From positions 274,005-338,004 of the forward strand of contig NW_001865066.1 of the NCBI RefSeq assembly GCF_000002865.3: a DNA stretch of 64,000 bases, in the 5' to 3' direction. This DNA is from Monosiga brevicollis MX1. Taxonomy: Eukaryota. Within the stretch, counting starts at the first letter, position 1. Every line of letters begins with the position of its first letter. Below, one piece after another: positions 12,096 through 24,128 of the stretch. The notes beneath the pieces are model-generated. The model saw nothing but the letters and a program-made list of their open reading frames with translations, did not search any database and had not been told where the DNA came from. Both the position numbers and the translations under genes were made by a program.

Positions 12096-13296
12096 TCTTG
12101 CTGTGACAAAGTATCAAGACGAGCACGCAAACACCGACACGACAACGTCCACCAACGCACAGCAACTCTGTGACACCCAACGCTGACCGTCAAGCAAGGC
12201 ACTGCGTTGCTCGCACCGCGCTGCCACTGCCGAAATGAACTGAAAAAAAAAAAAAAAAGAGAAAAAAAAAAGCGTTTGCCCACGCGTTGCTGCCGGGGAA
12301 AAATAAAATGGTCACTGCTTTCGCTTTTTACCCTTTGCCCTTTTGGATTTTTGGGGAGTTTTTGATCTTTTTTTGACCTTTTTTGACCTTTTTTTCTTTT
12401 TTTTTAAATGGCTTTGTGGCTTTGGGTGATCCACACTCTCGCACGCGCACACGCGGATCTTAACCTATGCTCTAATTCACGCTCATCGGGCCGTGATGCT
12501 CATCTGATCAACAAACCAACGCGGCCTGAAGCGGCCCTGTGAACCAATGTGCCCCTTTCAACCAATGCGACCCCCCAAGTCTGACCCACTGCCTTTACGC
12601 AAGAAACAACAGAGACAAACAACAATCGTGGCAGCTCGACATGCTCCCAGCACGTTGGATGAATGGCATTGAAACACACTGAAGCAAAGCCCATACCAGC
12701 TCTACTCGCCCCCGCCCTCGTCTCGCTCTGCCTCTCTACTCAGCACCCTTCCCGCGTTGCTTGCTTCCCTAACGTAATCCTGAGCTGTAAATTTGATGAC
12801 ATTTATTGCTGACACATTGGCCAGAGACCCAGTGGAACGGGCGAAGCCAAGTCAGAGGGAGGAAGACGCAGTCATTCGAACCAAGTCAATCTCAAGGAGA
12901 TTTCAGTAACCGTCGAGAGAGTCTGGCCATTTCTGCCCGGCTTCTAGAGAAGCGAAGCAGGGTGCAATAACAGTGATAACACGGCTGCTGGACGACTCGA
13001 AGCGGCATCCTTCCCTCCCGCTGCACTGCAGAGGCCGGTACTCGCCGCGGTTGACGGCGCCTTGGCGCTTGGATCGTGCGCAGGTGGGCGGCGTTCAGAG
13101 GATAGGTGATTGATGTGTGGATGGGTCTGGTCGTCGCTAGGCCCGCCCCCGCGCCGACCATCCAGGACACACCGATTGACAAGCGCCTGAGCTAAGTTGG
13201 ACACACTAGCTGACGCCTCTCCCTCTCTCTCTCCCTCTCTCTCTCTCTCCCTCTCTCTCTCTCTCCCCCTCTCTCTCAGTGCCGGTGCATGCAGGC

Positions 13297-15880
13297 ATGA
13301 CTGCGGCGCGCGCCATGACCACAGTCACGGCCACTGAGGCGAGTGACCCAACACTCAACCACAAGCAGACGGCGCTAAAAGGCTCTCACCACAGCGGAGT
13401 CCGCGCTTCCCTGCAAAACCCCGCTTCTGAAGCGCCCTTCCGTGAGCGGCCAGTCTGCCCCGGCACCTGGGCCCCCTCACGCGGCTGTTGCAAACTCCAG
13501 AGCTCCCCCCTGGGACGCTGGCGGCACCGTCTACTTCAACGCCCCGCATGGCCCAGCCCTGCCCTATCATCCGAACAACCTTGGCACTATGGCCCTGCCC
13601 CCGGGCTATGATCTCTACGCCACTCAGCATGCTCTTTTAGCAACCTCGCCGGGCTTCCCCCTGTCGGGCCCGCCGCCGTACGGCTACCCGACCACGCCCG
13701 AGGCCAATAATTACAACCCCTGGCCCGTGCCCGGACTCGGCCTGCCCACCCCAGCCTCCCCGAGCCTGGGCTTGGCTTCAAACGGTTTCCCGCCAACCCC
13801 GACCATGATCGTGAACGAGACGCGATCTCACATTGCATCCACCCCGAGCAGCAACACGAATGGACCGTCACCTGGACCTGGCGGCTACATGCTTCATTCC
13901 TACCCACACGCCCTCCACGCCAGTTCGGCGTACCCGGGCACGCCCGAGCAAGGCAGCTTCTGGGCTCCTCCGCCCGAAACCTCAGAGCCGTTTCTACATG
14001 CTTTCACCGGTCAAGCACCCCCCCTGTCCGCCAACGGCATGCCCCTCGCCCCCTACCCACACCCGTACGCGCACGGCAACGGCAACGGCCCGCAGCCCGT
14101 GCATCCACAAAACGCATACCACGGCCCGCCCTTCCATCACCCTCAGCACTTGCAGCAGCCTCACCAGCACTACCACGGACCCCAGGCTCCACAGCCTTAC
14201 CATCAGACCGCCTTCCCAGTGCCCTCGGCGGGCCCCACGGCATACCAAACACAGCCCTATCAACGAGCCATGCCGCCTGCAATCCCATCTCCTCATCCGT
14301 CCAGTACCCGCACCCCGCCCTCGGCCACCGCTTTAAAGCTTCAACCCCCACCCAAAGGCAGACACACCCATACGCCCCCCTCGTCGTCCATCTCTGCGCC
14401 CGCGCCCCCTGCAAGCCCCGCGTCGTCAATATCCCATCCAACTCTGCCCGATGGACCCCGGCCCAATGGACCCCTGCCCTCGGCCGAGCCCTCGGCGAGT
14501 ACCTCAACTGTCGCTTTTTCACAGCACCCGACAGTTTTGGCCGCCATGTATCCGGTTCGTGCCGATGCAGATAGTACCTGGCCTCCAACAGGCTCTAGTC
14601 AGCACCAACGTGCCGGAACAGGCCTCAACACCGTCCACGACCCGCCACCACCCACCTCTGTCGCCAATGCGCCTCCCTCCGTCCCCACCGACCAGGCCTC
14701 AGAGGCCTCGACACAGGAACAGGTGGAGTCGCACGGCCCTGCAACCAAGCCCTCTCCGTCAGACCGCAGCGGCACACCGCCAAATGTGCAGCAGCAACGA
14801 GCCCGTGCCATGCTCGAGCTGCGCAAGGCACAAGCTAGCCGCGCCGCTCAAGATTGGATGCAAGCTCATCAACGACCACCCGTTCGAACGGCCCAGCACG
14901 AAGCAAGCCGGCCACCCATGCCACACAGCTATCGACAACAGCGTCCCAGCGCCATGGTAAATGGGTCCCATCACCACTCGACACCTGCCGTCAAGCAGCT
15001 CGCCGCACAGAGCGATTCAGGTCTAGATCCCGCAACCCCTACGTCCACCGCTGCCACAGCACTTCTTCCCACCGAGGCCGCCGATACAACCTCGTCAGTG
15101 TTTGAAGCTTCAGTTCTAGCCACTATTGAGGCCGCCACTGATTCGGGCACCACAGACCCGCAACTCGTGGTGCCGAGTCCAGCCCCCGTAGCGCCTGCTC
15201 CTATCCATGAGCTTCCAGATGCCGCGCTTCTCTGTCTGCAAGCTGATGCCTGTGCGACGCTTGATGAGATGCTGGACTGGTGTGACATCCCAAGCCATCT
15301 GAGGGCTGCACACGACTCTGAGCAAGATGCCCAAGTGCACCCGCACTTGGGCCGACGATTGTTCACCATTGACAACCCCGTACTCAACAAGCCCTCCACG
15401 GACGTCAACGGGTTTGTCCCCTTTCTGTGTTCTTGTTCCGATGCCCTTTTCCCTGCTTTTTATTTTTGCGTGATGGCCATCATCTTCGTACCTGGCCTCA
15501 CCATCATGGATTCTGCCTACGCACACGACACATGGGTGTCATAGAATTTTGGAGCTATTGCACGAGATTGAGACTCCCGCGCCCGTTTCTGCCGAAGAGG
15601 CAACGGCCGAGGCATCGGCAGGGGGGCTTTCCGATACTGTCTCGTCATCGCACCGCAGCACTCGAACGATGGTAAGTGCAAAACACCTTCACCTCTCTTC
15701 TCGCCGACAACGTCATCTGACTGCAGCTGCCCGTGCAAACCCCAACAACAGGATGGTACTTCCCGAGGCCGCTCCAACCCGCACCCGCCCGTGTTTCAAC
15801 CAGACCAGACTTTCATGCGGCAGCAACCTGTCTGGGTGCAAGGCAAGGCTCCTCTGGCCCAAGTGCTCAATGCTTCATAG
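13297..15880 (+). CDS. Pro/His/Gln-rich low-complexity protein of unknown function
   Basis: Stop-free exon of ~2 kb (~13395-15411), then in-phase small exons (ILELLHEIETPAP...; DGTSRGRSNPHPPVFQPDQTFMRQQPVWVQGKAPLAQVLNAS*). Start and end approximate. Confidence 0.6.
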
Positions 15881-16585
15881 CCTCCGGTTCGATTTTTGAT
15901 TTTTTTTTTTTTTCGGTGTTTCTATTCTGACCGCTCCGAGAGACTACCAGCACCCTTTGTCTCGGGATCTGGCTGCGCACTCGTCGGTGCTTTTGACCAC
16001 TGTCTGCTGCGCACTTGAACCTCGGGGCCTGGACTGACACTTTCTCCTTTTTCTCTCTTTTCTATTTTCTATTCTTCCTTTTCTTTTTCTTTTTCTTTTG
16101 CTTTTTCTTTCCAATGCGATCCGATCCTGCGCACGCCTGGCGTGTCCGGTTTGTGCCACAGCTCATCACCTTTGGAATTTACGAGTTTGTATTGAAGAAC
16201 CAGTCTGATTTTCCTGCCCGAGGCGCCACCTCGAACAGCATAACCAAAGCGGGTCGGACACATTTGTTGACGAACGCAGTGAGATGTGCTGCGGTTCAGC
16301 TCGGCACTTAATGTAGCAATTATAAATATTATTGCAGCTTTCCAGGTTTAGACGTGATAATACCATTACGATAAAGTATCAGTTTATGCAGTACTTATCG
16401 CTACTTTTGTGCCGTGCACTTTTTATTTTGTTGTTGAGCTGGACTTGATCGAATCAGTGACGGGCAACGAGGAGTGAGACGCCAGCAGGCAGGCCGAGCA
16501 CAGCAGTGCGGGGCGAGCGGGTGTCGCCTGACCACAAGCATCCTGCTCAAGAAGCGAGGGCGTTTTGTTTTTTCTCGCCAAGATC

Positions 16586-17990
16586 ATGCCGACCATCATC
16601 TTTTCTGCCTATCTCACGAAGCAAGGTCTGACCCCGTCCCGCCCCCCTTGTCGCTCGCCACCGTCTCCTTCTTCAGGGCTGGCTGCACTGGCTGCTGTCC
16701 GTGGCCCTGACCCGTACCAGTCTATGGAATGCTCTTTTCTCCATTGTTTCTTGATCATACATGGCTGGGCTACAAGCCAAGCCCTGCGTGCGGCTCTGTC
16801 CTCGCCATGGTAGCTGGTCACAGTCCATTCACGCATTTGTGGGTGGGTTTTTGCATGTGTGTGCATCGGGTAGGTGCTGTTCGCAAGAGCTGGCGCAAGC
16901 GCTGGTTCGTGCTCGACAGTCATGGCAAGCTATCGGTACGTATGTGCCCAAGATACCTCGCTTCATATGCCCACGAACCTGATGCGGCGTGCGGCCTCGG
17001 GCTGATGCTGCGCATGTTTGATGCACCATAGTACTACAGTGGACAGCACTCGGACAAGGCAAAGGCATCCATTGATTTGAAACTGGTCAAGGACGTCATC
17101 GCCGCCAAGCACTGCGAGGTGTGCGCCTGCCGACCAACAATTGCGATCCTGCCATCTTGGTTCAGCCCACGCCGCTAGGGTCGATCGTTCGGCGGGGGCG
17201 CGTATGTGAGGGGGAAGCTTGCAATCGACACCATGGGGCTCTGACAGTCCTGTCTTGACTGCTTTCGGGGGCAACCAATCGGACCCAATAGTGTGCCTGG
17301 CCTCAAGGATTCCCACTATCACAAGCCTTTGGTTTGGTGACTGAGACTCGGACCTATCACGTTGGTTGACGAGCGCATGAACCCCAAACGACACCAACGC
17401 CTCTGCCCCAGGGGCTGGGCCTTGTGTGGGCCATGTCTTGTGTGTCTCATTGGCCTACCTCGTCTACGACTGCAGATGTATAGCGAAAATGACCTTGAGT
17501 TTCTGGACTGGATGCGCTACATTAAGAAGGAGGCGCGGATCGCCCACCCCATCCCAACGGGTGCCCCCGTCACGGATGGCATTACGTCTCAAGTTGTGAG
17601 TTGAGCCCCGACTGTGGCATTGGTTGAGCCCAGAGGCGTGCCAGGTCAAGCGCTGGCCCGTTGGCCATGATCGTGACTGGTCTATATATCCGCGCACGGG
17701 AACGGTGACCCCTGTCTGCACTGTGATTGGCGCCTCTAGGTGCAAGAGGATCATTTGGGTCGACACAAGAGCGTGGTTCGACTCGCGCATCAGTCCGGGG
17801 TGAGCTCTGCAAGCCAGAGCATGACCTTGGTCGGGTTCGAGCAAGCGTTTGGACACTCAACCCGGGTCTTTGCTCGAAATCGTAGGCAGCCGCCGTACCG
17901 GCGAGACCAGCGGCGGCGCCCGTAACCGTGGCACCAGCTGCAGACCCAGACCTGAGTGCGAGTGAGTCATCGGGGGATGAATGGGATTGA
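16586..17990 (+). CDS. Small single PH-domain protein
   Basis: Spliced MPTIIFSAYLTKQG|AVRKSWRKRWFVLDSHGKLS|YYSGQHSDKAKASIDL...|...FGLVTETRTYH|MYSENDLEFLDWMRYIKK is a canonical PH fold; tail ends SESSGDEWD*. Confidence 0.88.
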
Positions 17991-18436
17991 GGAGGGGGGT
18001 GTCTCTCTGAATTCCCGCAGCACCCCTGACTCACAAGCGCAGCTTTTCCCAGCAAAGGTGTTTGCGTTGTCCCATGTATCCATTTGAACGTACTCTCTAA
18101 GCGGCTTTCCTGTCTTGATGTTCTGTGTGTGTTCCTCTTCCTCTCGTTTCTGCTTGTTCTTCTTTTTTTTTTCTTCTTTTTGCTGATCAAGACTTGCCTT
18201 GATGGGCCTGGCCAATCCATGCCCAAGTACACCCTTTTCCCTACGTGCCGACCCTCTGCCCTCGAATACGCAGTCCCACCCCAAGTCATGCATGGTCGAT
18301 ACGCCATCGCGCACATCAAGCCAGCTACTTGTGCTCTTTCGCTTAAAACCCAACGCCCAAAAGTCTTGCCGAAACCAATACAAAATTTCGCTTTTGCATC
18401 TCAAGAACAAAAGAAGTTGGCCAACAGATTCCTTTT

Positions 18437-18438
<2 letters not shown>

Positions 18439-18507
<69 letters not shown>

Positions 18508-18742
18508 GTAGCAGATCCAAGCTGGAATGCAGAATGCTTGGTTTTTGTTTTGTTGTGGTCTTTTGTGTACACGTTGATGACAGGTGTGGTTAAAGCCCCT
18601 TTGAATGGCTATGCAAGGTGATACATAGGTGTGGGCACTCTACATCTCTGAAGTGTGTGCGAAAATCTGTCCTCACGCCCCCCTCCTTCTTTTCTCTGAA
18701 TGTCTCTGTTCTCTCTCTTCTCTCTGACTCTCTTCTCTCTGA

Positions 18743-18790
<48 letters not shown>
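18439..18790 (+). repeat. (CT)n microsatellites
   Basis: Pure CT runs at ~18439-18503 and ~18745-18790. Confidence 0.95.
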
Positions 18791-18796
<6 letters not shown>

Positions 18797-18932
18797 TCAG
18801 TGTCAGTGACAGGTCTTCAAAAAGAGATCATTTGGCAGTCGAGATCCGCCGCTTGAAACACTGGAATTCCATTTTCCGTCCCTGGATAGCATTCATCCAA
18901 GAGTGTCAAGGCCGTAGTATCAACCTGCCATC

Positions 18933-20950
18933 ATGCCCTGGAAGCCCCCACCCCAACCCAAGTAAGATTGGCAGCAGCTCGCGCTCGCGCCGCCCTTTCC
19001 CAACATCGAGATGACTGCAACCCACAACCCGACTGAGTGTTTCTTGTTGTGGTCCGTGGTGTGAGGCTTGCCGAGCCCCGTTGGCTCGCCTCTCAACAGG
19101 CCCCGCCACCACCACCACCACCACCACCATCACATCCAAACCCCTTGGTCCATTTGATGTGGTTTTTTTTGTTTTGTTTTTTGACAAGTGGTCGACGCCA
19201 AGGCAAATCTGTTTGTGGAGCTGCCTTCTGGCTAGTCTCATGTTGGTCGTTGTTGCTGTATCTTCTTCGGTCACCATTGCGTTTGCTTGCACTGCCAGAT
19301 GCGCGCGCTGCGAGAAGACGGTGTATCCCACCGAGCAGTTCAAGTGTCTTGACAAGGTGTGCCTGCCGTCATCAGCCTGCAAGCTAAAGAGGCCGAAGGA
19401 TTTTGGTCAGGCCAACTCATGCTTTTTTCCATCTCGTGGTGAACGAATAGCTCTGGCACCATGGCTGCTTCAACTGCGAGATTTGCCACATCAAGCTCAC
19501 CATGAGCACGTACCGTGGCTATGAAGGCCAGCCCTACTGCAAGACGTACGCCTTTTGTTTGCTCCCTCCCCCTCGGCAAACGTGCGTCTAACAAGTCACT
19601 GATCCTGGACACCTATGCCGGCTGATGGTCCCGTGAGACAGGCACTACCCTCAGGGTAAGGCCACGCAGGTGGCGGATACCCCCGAAACGCTGCGTTTGA
19701 AGAAGCAAACCGAGCGTCAGTCCGTCGTTCAATACACCAAGAACTATCAGGCCGAAAAGGGCAAATATGTTGGTGCCGCTGATGACAAGAACATTGCCGT
19801 ACGTGTCATGTCTGTTTGCACAATGGTCTGCTCGGGGATGCGACCAAGGTCTCAAGTCGGATCGAGACAGATGGGGATTGTGACAGCACGGCCTCCACTG
19901 ATCAATCGTCATGCCATGCCAACCTGCTTGCTTCGTGGCACTTTGATCTAGTCCGCCCTGTCTAGCCAGAAGAAGGCGTCCAACCTGGGTTATCGCAGTG
20001 CCGCCGAGGCCCCGGCACCCACCAAGCCTGCCCCCGCCGCTGCTCCGGCCGCTGCTCCGGCCCCAGCTCCTGCTGCTGCTGCCCCTGCCCCTGCGCCAGC
20101 GCCCGAGGCGGCCCCAGCTCCTGCTGCCCCGGCTGTCGAGAGCGAGGACTATGTTGCTCAGTACGACTACGAGGCTGCCGACACGGACGAATGCTCCATC
20201 CAGGAGGGTGATGTCATCACTGCCGTCACCATTGTGGACGATGGCTGGGTCAGCGGCACCAACTCGCGCACCGGCCAAAGTGGTATGATCCCCAGCAACT
20301 ATGTGGTCAAGCAGAGTGAGGCTCCTGCCCCAGCTGCGCCTGCTGAGCCCGAACCCGCACCTGAGCCTGAACCCGAACCTGAACCCGAACCTGAACCCGA
20401 ACCCGAACCCGAACCTGAACCTGAACCCGAAGTGGCAGCTCCCGCTCCTGCGGATGCTGCGGCAGATGGAGAAAAGTGGAAGGCACTCTACGACTACGCC
20501 GCCCAAGATGGCGACGAGGTGTCTGTGACCGAGGGTGAGGAGGTCATTGTCCTTCAGGTCATCGACGAGGGTTGGGTACAAGCCCGCAATAGCAGTGGTG
20601 CAGAGGGCATGCTGCCCAGCAATTACATTGAGAAGGTCTGTTTCTATCGTCTCTTTTCTTTTATCCGCCGAAAGCTTGAGGAGCCAACACTAAATGCTTT
20701 GCCATCCCTTACGCCACAGGTTGGAGGTGATGCTGCCGCTGCCGCTCCTGCTCCTGCTCCTGCCGCCGGTGGCGTCGAGACGTGGTCGGCCCTTTACGAC
20801 TACGAGGCCCAAGACGGTGATGAGCTCAGCTTCCAGGCGGGAGACAAGCTCATTGACGTCGAGCAGGTCGATGACGGCTGGGCTAACGGCACTTTGCAGA
20901 GCTCGGGAGCCCGTGGCATGCTCCCCAGCAACTACATTGAGAAGGATTAA
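18933..20950 (+). CDS. LASP1: LASP-like actin-binding protein: LIM + nebulin repeats + three SH3 domains
   Basis: MPWKPPPQP|KCARCEKTVYPTEQFKCLDK|LWHHGCFNCEICHIKLTMSTYRGYEGQPYCKT|HYPQGKATQVADTPETLRLKKQTERQSVVQY (LIM plus nebulin repeat). Three SH3 domains follow (AQYDYEAADTDE..., ALYDYAAQDGDE..., ALYDYEAQDGDELSF..., each ending PSNY). Confidence 0.9.
20344..20432 (+). repeat. Coding (Pro-Glu)n hexamer repeat, SH3 linker
   Basis: gaacct/gaaccc units encoding PEPEPE. Confidence 0.9.
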
Positions 20951-21523
20951 ATCCCTCCGCGCCTAGCCAGCATCTCGTACCTCTCAGTGTTCTCTTGCTT
21001 GTTCCTCTTTTTTTTCCCCTTGTTTCGGGTGTTTGTCATGACGTTTGTGTTGCGTGTTGGCATGTGAGTGTGTTTGCGGGACGGGACACTCAACAACACT
21101 TTCATGGCATTAAACATTCCTCGTCTTTTTCTGTTTCTTCTTCTTTTCGAAACGTCTCTGGGACGGCACGCGCTGCCTTGTGACCCGCCACACGTACCTT
21201 TTGGGCCTTCTTTCCTTGATCGGGGTGGATGCTTGCCCTTCTTGTGTTTGTATAATCTGTAGGGTGCGTGCCCCGACGCTCCCAGTACCTTGTCTCTCCC
21301 TCTCCTCTTTTTTTTTCTCGTCCACTTTCTACTATGCAAACAAATTGACATGTGAAGAAACCCTGTGCTTATCATGTTTGTCAATTCGTGTCGTGTCTCG
21401 TCGCGCGCGCATGTGACGGTGCGATCGGCCTACACGCGCGTGCTCCAAGTTGGAAAGATGGCAAATAAATAATCAACAGGGCCATGGCACACAGACAGGC
21501 GCTAGTCGGGCAGGAACGGAAAT

Positions 21524-22603
21524 TTATTTCTTAATATTCAGACACAGACCCTGCAATTCAGTCCGATGCGTTTGAGAGAGCGGGGCTAAGACATCATCCA
21601 AAGAGCGGCGTGGTGTCTTGCTTGAATATTGAGTGCCGCCCGATGCTCGCAGCAAGCCCCGCGGGCCTGCAACGCCCGAACCATCAGGATGTTGATGCAT
21701 GTCATGCTCGCTTTGATCAAAAGCAGGGGAGAGGGGCATCTCCTCGAGCAGCCATGGATCGATTCCTCCGCTTTGGACGACGGGGTGATCAGGCGTGAGC
21801 ATACGCATGTTGCTGCCGAGGGATAAGGTCGAGGCCCGCCGGGTGCTGGGTCTGGAGGCATCTGGGGATCCGATGCTATGAACACTGTTATTGCTGGTCT
21901 GGCGCTGCAACGTGGCTTGGCAGGCCAGTTTGGTGTGCTCCGCTGCTTCAACGCGTGGGCCTGACTTGCATTGGCGCTCGTGACCATGCTGTGGCGCGCT
22001 GGGAGTCAACTTCAAGTGATCGCAAGTGTGGCGGCGGCGCATGGGTCGCTGGCAAAAGTGATCAAGCGCGGACCGTCGCTCGGCAGCAAAGATACTGCTG
22101 TCTCGGCGAACGTCGCTTTCACCATCTTGAACCAAGTCCAGAAGATTGTCCGAGCTATTGCGCGGAGTGTTGCGCGGGGTCCAAACGCGAGAGCGGATTT
22201 GTACGGCTTCGTCGGCAATCTCGCGCGCGGATGGACTGCGCTTGGCATGAGTAGGACTGTCAGTGCCAAGCATGGCGTCGCGAACACGAGCAAAGCGCGA
22301 GGCAGCATCGTGGCCAAACACGGCTACGAGCGCTGTAGCCTGTTCGTGGCTGTGTTCGAGGCTGCTGGCGTTACTGATGGCGGTGGCAAAGCTGGTACCA
22401 CTCATTCGGCTATCGACGCTGCTGGTGACGCTCGCGACGCTCGCGACGCTGGGTGTACTGCTGCGGAGACGGCTGAGACTGGGATTGCCGTGGATGCGAT
22501 GACGAGTGGGATTGCGAGATTGCGGGCCATGATCGTTGAGTACGCCATGACCCTCACAGAGGCGGGGGGTTGGCAGGGACGAATGCGCCATTGAGCTGGC
22601 CAT
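21524..22603 (-). CDS. Ser/Arg-rich hypothetical protein (~360 aa, single coding exon)
   Basis: Long stop-free ORF from MASSMAHSSLP to LCLNIKK*, with an acceptor-like ccag just upstream; no recognised domain. Confidence 0.6.
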   Translation of the reverse strand: MASSMAHSSLPTPRLCEGHGVLNDHGPQSRNPTRHRIHGNPSLSRLRSSTPSVASVASVTSSVDSRMSGTSFATAISNASSLEHSHEQATALVAVFGHDAASRFARVRDAMLGTDSPTHAKRSPSAREIADEAVQIRSRVWTPRNTPRNSSDNLLDLVQDGESDVRRDSSIFAAERRSALDHFCQRPMRRRHTCDHLKLTPSAPQHGHERQCKSGPRVEAAEHTKLACQATLQRQTSNNSVHSIGSPDASRPSTRRASTLSLGSNMRMLTPDHPVVQSGGIDPWLLEEMPLSPAFDQSEHDMHQHPDGSGVAGPRGLLRASGGTQYSSKTPRRSLDDVLAPLSQTHRTELQGLCLNIKK

Positions 22604-24128
22604 GTTCCTGGACAGCTGGCACAGCGCAGGAACGTGGACAAGCCAACAAGAAAAGTAAAAATGTGCCCGTCTCAAGACAATCTATCAGATGACGCGCCAA
22701 TGCATCCAAAGGTACTCCCACAGTTGTCCAGCTGGCTGGATCTGTCAGTGTGCTAAAGACGAGGGGCGAGGGCTCCGCTTGACGTCGGGGGGTGATGCTT
22801 GAAATCAGTATCGGGCGGTAGGCAAGGTGCGCCTCGCGGATCGTGTATTCGTGCGCTCAGAAGTTGGAGGTGCCTTGAGCATGGGAAAGACGGGCTGAAC
22901 GTTGCTCGTCAACAGCAGCCAGGCTTGAGCGACGACTGTTTCGTGGGGAACGATAATAAGATGGAGAGAGGGAGAGAGGGCAAGAGAGGACCGAAGATTG
23001 GTCAGAGGCAATCAGCAAAATGATACTGCTCTCGCTCGTGTGGTTTAAGCACCCGGATGGAGGGCACCAAAACAGAGCTGAAGGGTGGCGGCGGGGTGAC
23101 CGGCGTCGGCCTGGGTTGCGGGTGGCGGGGGAAGAGAGAGAGGAAAGAGGGGGAAAATGGTGGTGGATGTGGTGGTTTTGCAATGGGCAAAGCGTGCTTT
23201 TTTCAAAAGAAGAGGTTCAACGGCTGGTCGATTGTGGTGGATTGGCCTCTTTGACAGGCTCCCCACACATTGAAAGTGGGGAGGTTGTTGGCATCGGCTG
23301 TGCGTGGGCGAGCTATCGGCGTTGAAGAGAGAGGCGGACAGCAAGCCCCAAAAGAGCAGTCAAGTGGCGCCAACTCTTCTCCGGCTCTTCGCCAGAAAGG
23401 CAGGGGCCAGGCTCCGGTGAACACAAGAGCGCGAGCGATCTGTGGCGACAAAGCACGAGCGATGGTGAGGGTAAGCAGCAGTCGAGGGGCCAGGAGGACG
23501 TTGCGAAGAATCGTTGTTGTGGTGATTGGCAACTCAACGACGTCGACCTGCTGCTGCTTGTCAAACTGCATACATGCATGCATGACACACGGGCGTGACT
23601 CTAGTTACACATGTTCTGTCCGATCGCTTGGTCCGTGTTGTGAAGAGTGGGGGGGAGGACGACCGTTTTTTCCCCTTCTTCCCTTTGCCGTTGTGGTGTG
23701 CTATCCCCCACTCTCCCTTGAGCGGGAGGAGGAGCGGGCTGGCGTCGTGGAGCGTAGGTGATGATGTAAAGGGACGTGTAGAAGATGACATTGTAGAGGT
23801 CAAAGTGGCGGACACCATCAGCCCTGTTTCTGCAGAAACGGCGCCGAAGGCAGACGAAAAAAACACGCCCGGACAGTTGATTACAAGATACGTCGAGTTG
23901 GACATGGCACCGCGCCAGAACAGCAGGAGTCAAGGCCATTACGAGCAGAGAAGAGGCGGCGGGAGCACAGTCCACAGCATAATTACAATACTCCCCTGAC
24001 GAGAAGGAGAAAAAAAAAAAACAGAACAGGATTTAGGTTGTAACACATGGTCAACGCCACCATCAAGTTACTCGTCGCCCCCAACCATCGACAGGGGTCG
24101 AGCGGGACAAATCCGGCCACGGCGGCCG

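Noticed and set aside
19613..20581. 322-aa minus-strand ORF with FGFRFG repeats
   Set aside because: Antisense of the LASP SH3/PE region.
23561..23999. Overlapping 114-134 aa ORFs on both strands
   Set aside because: No recognisable motif or coherent splice structure; more likely UTR.
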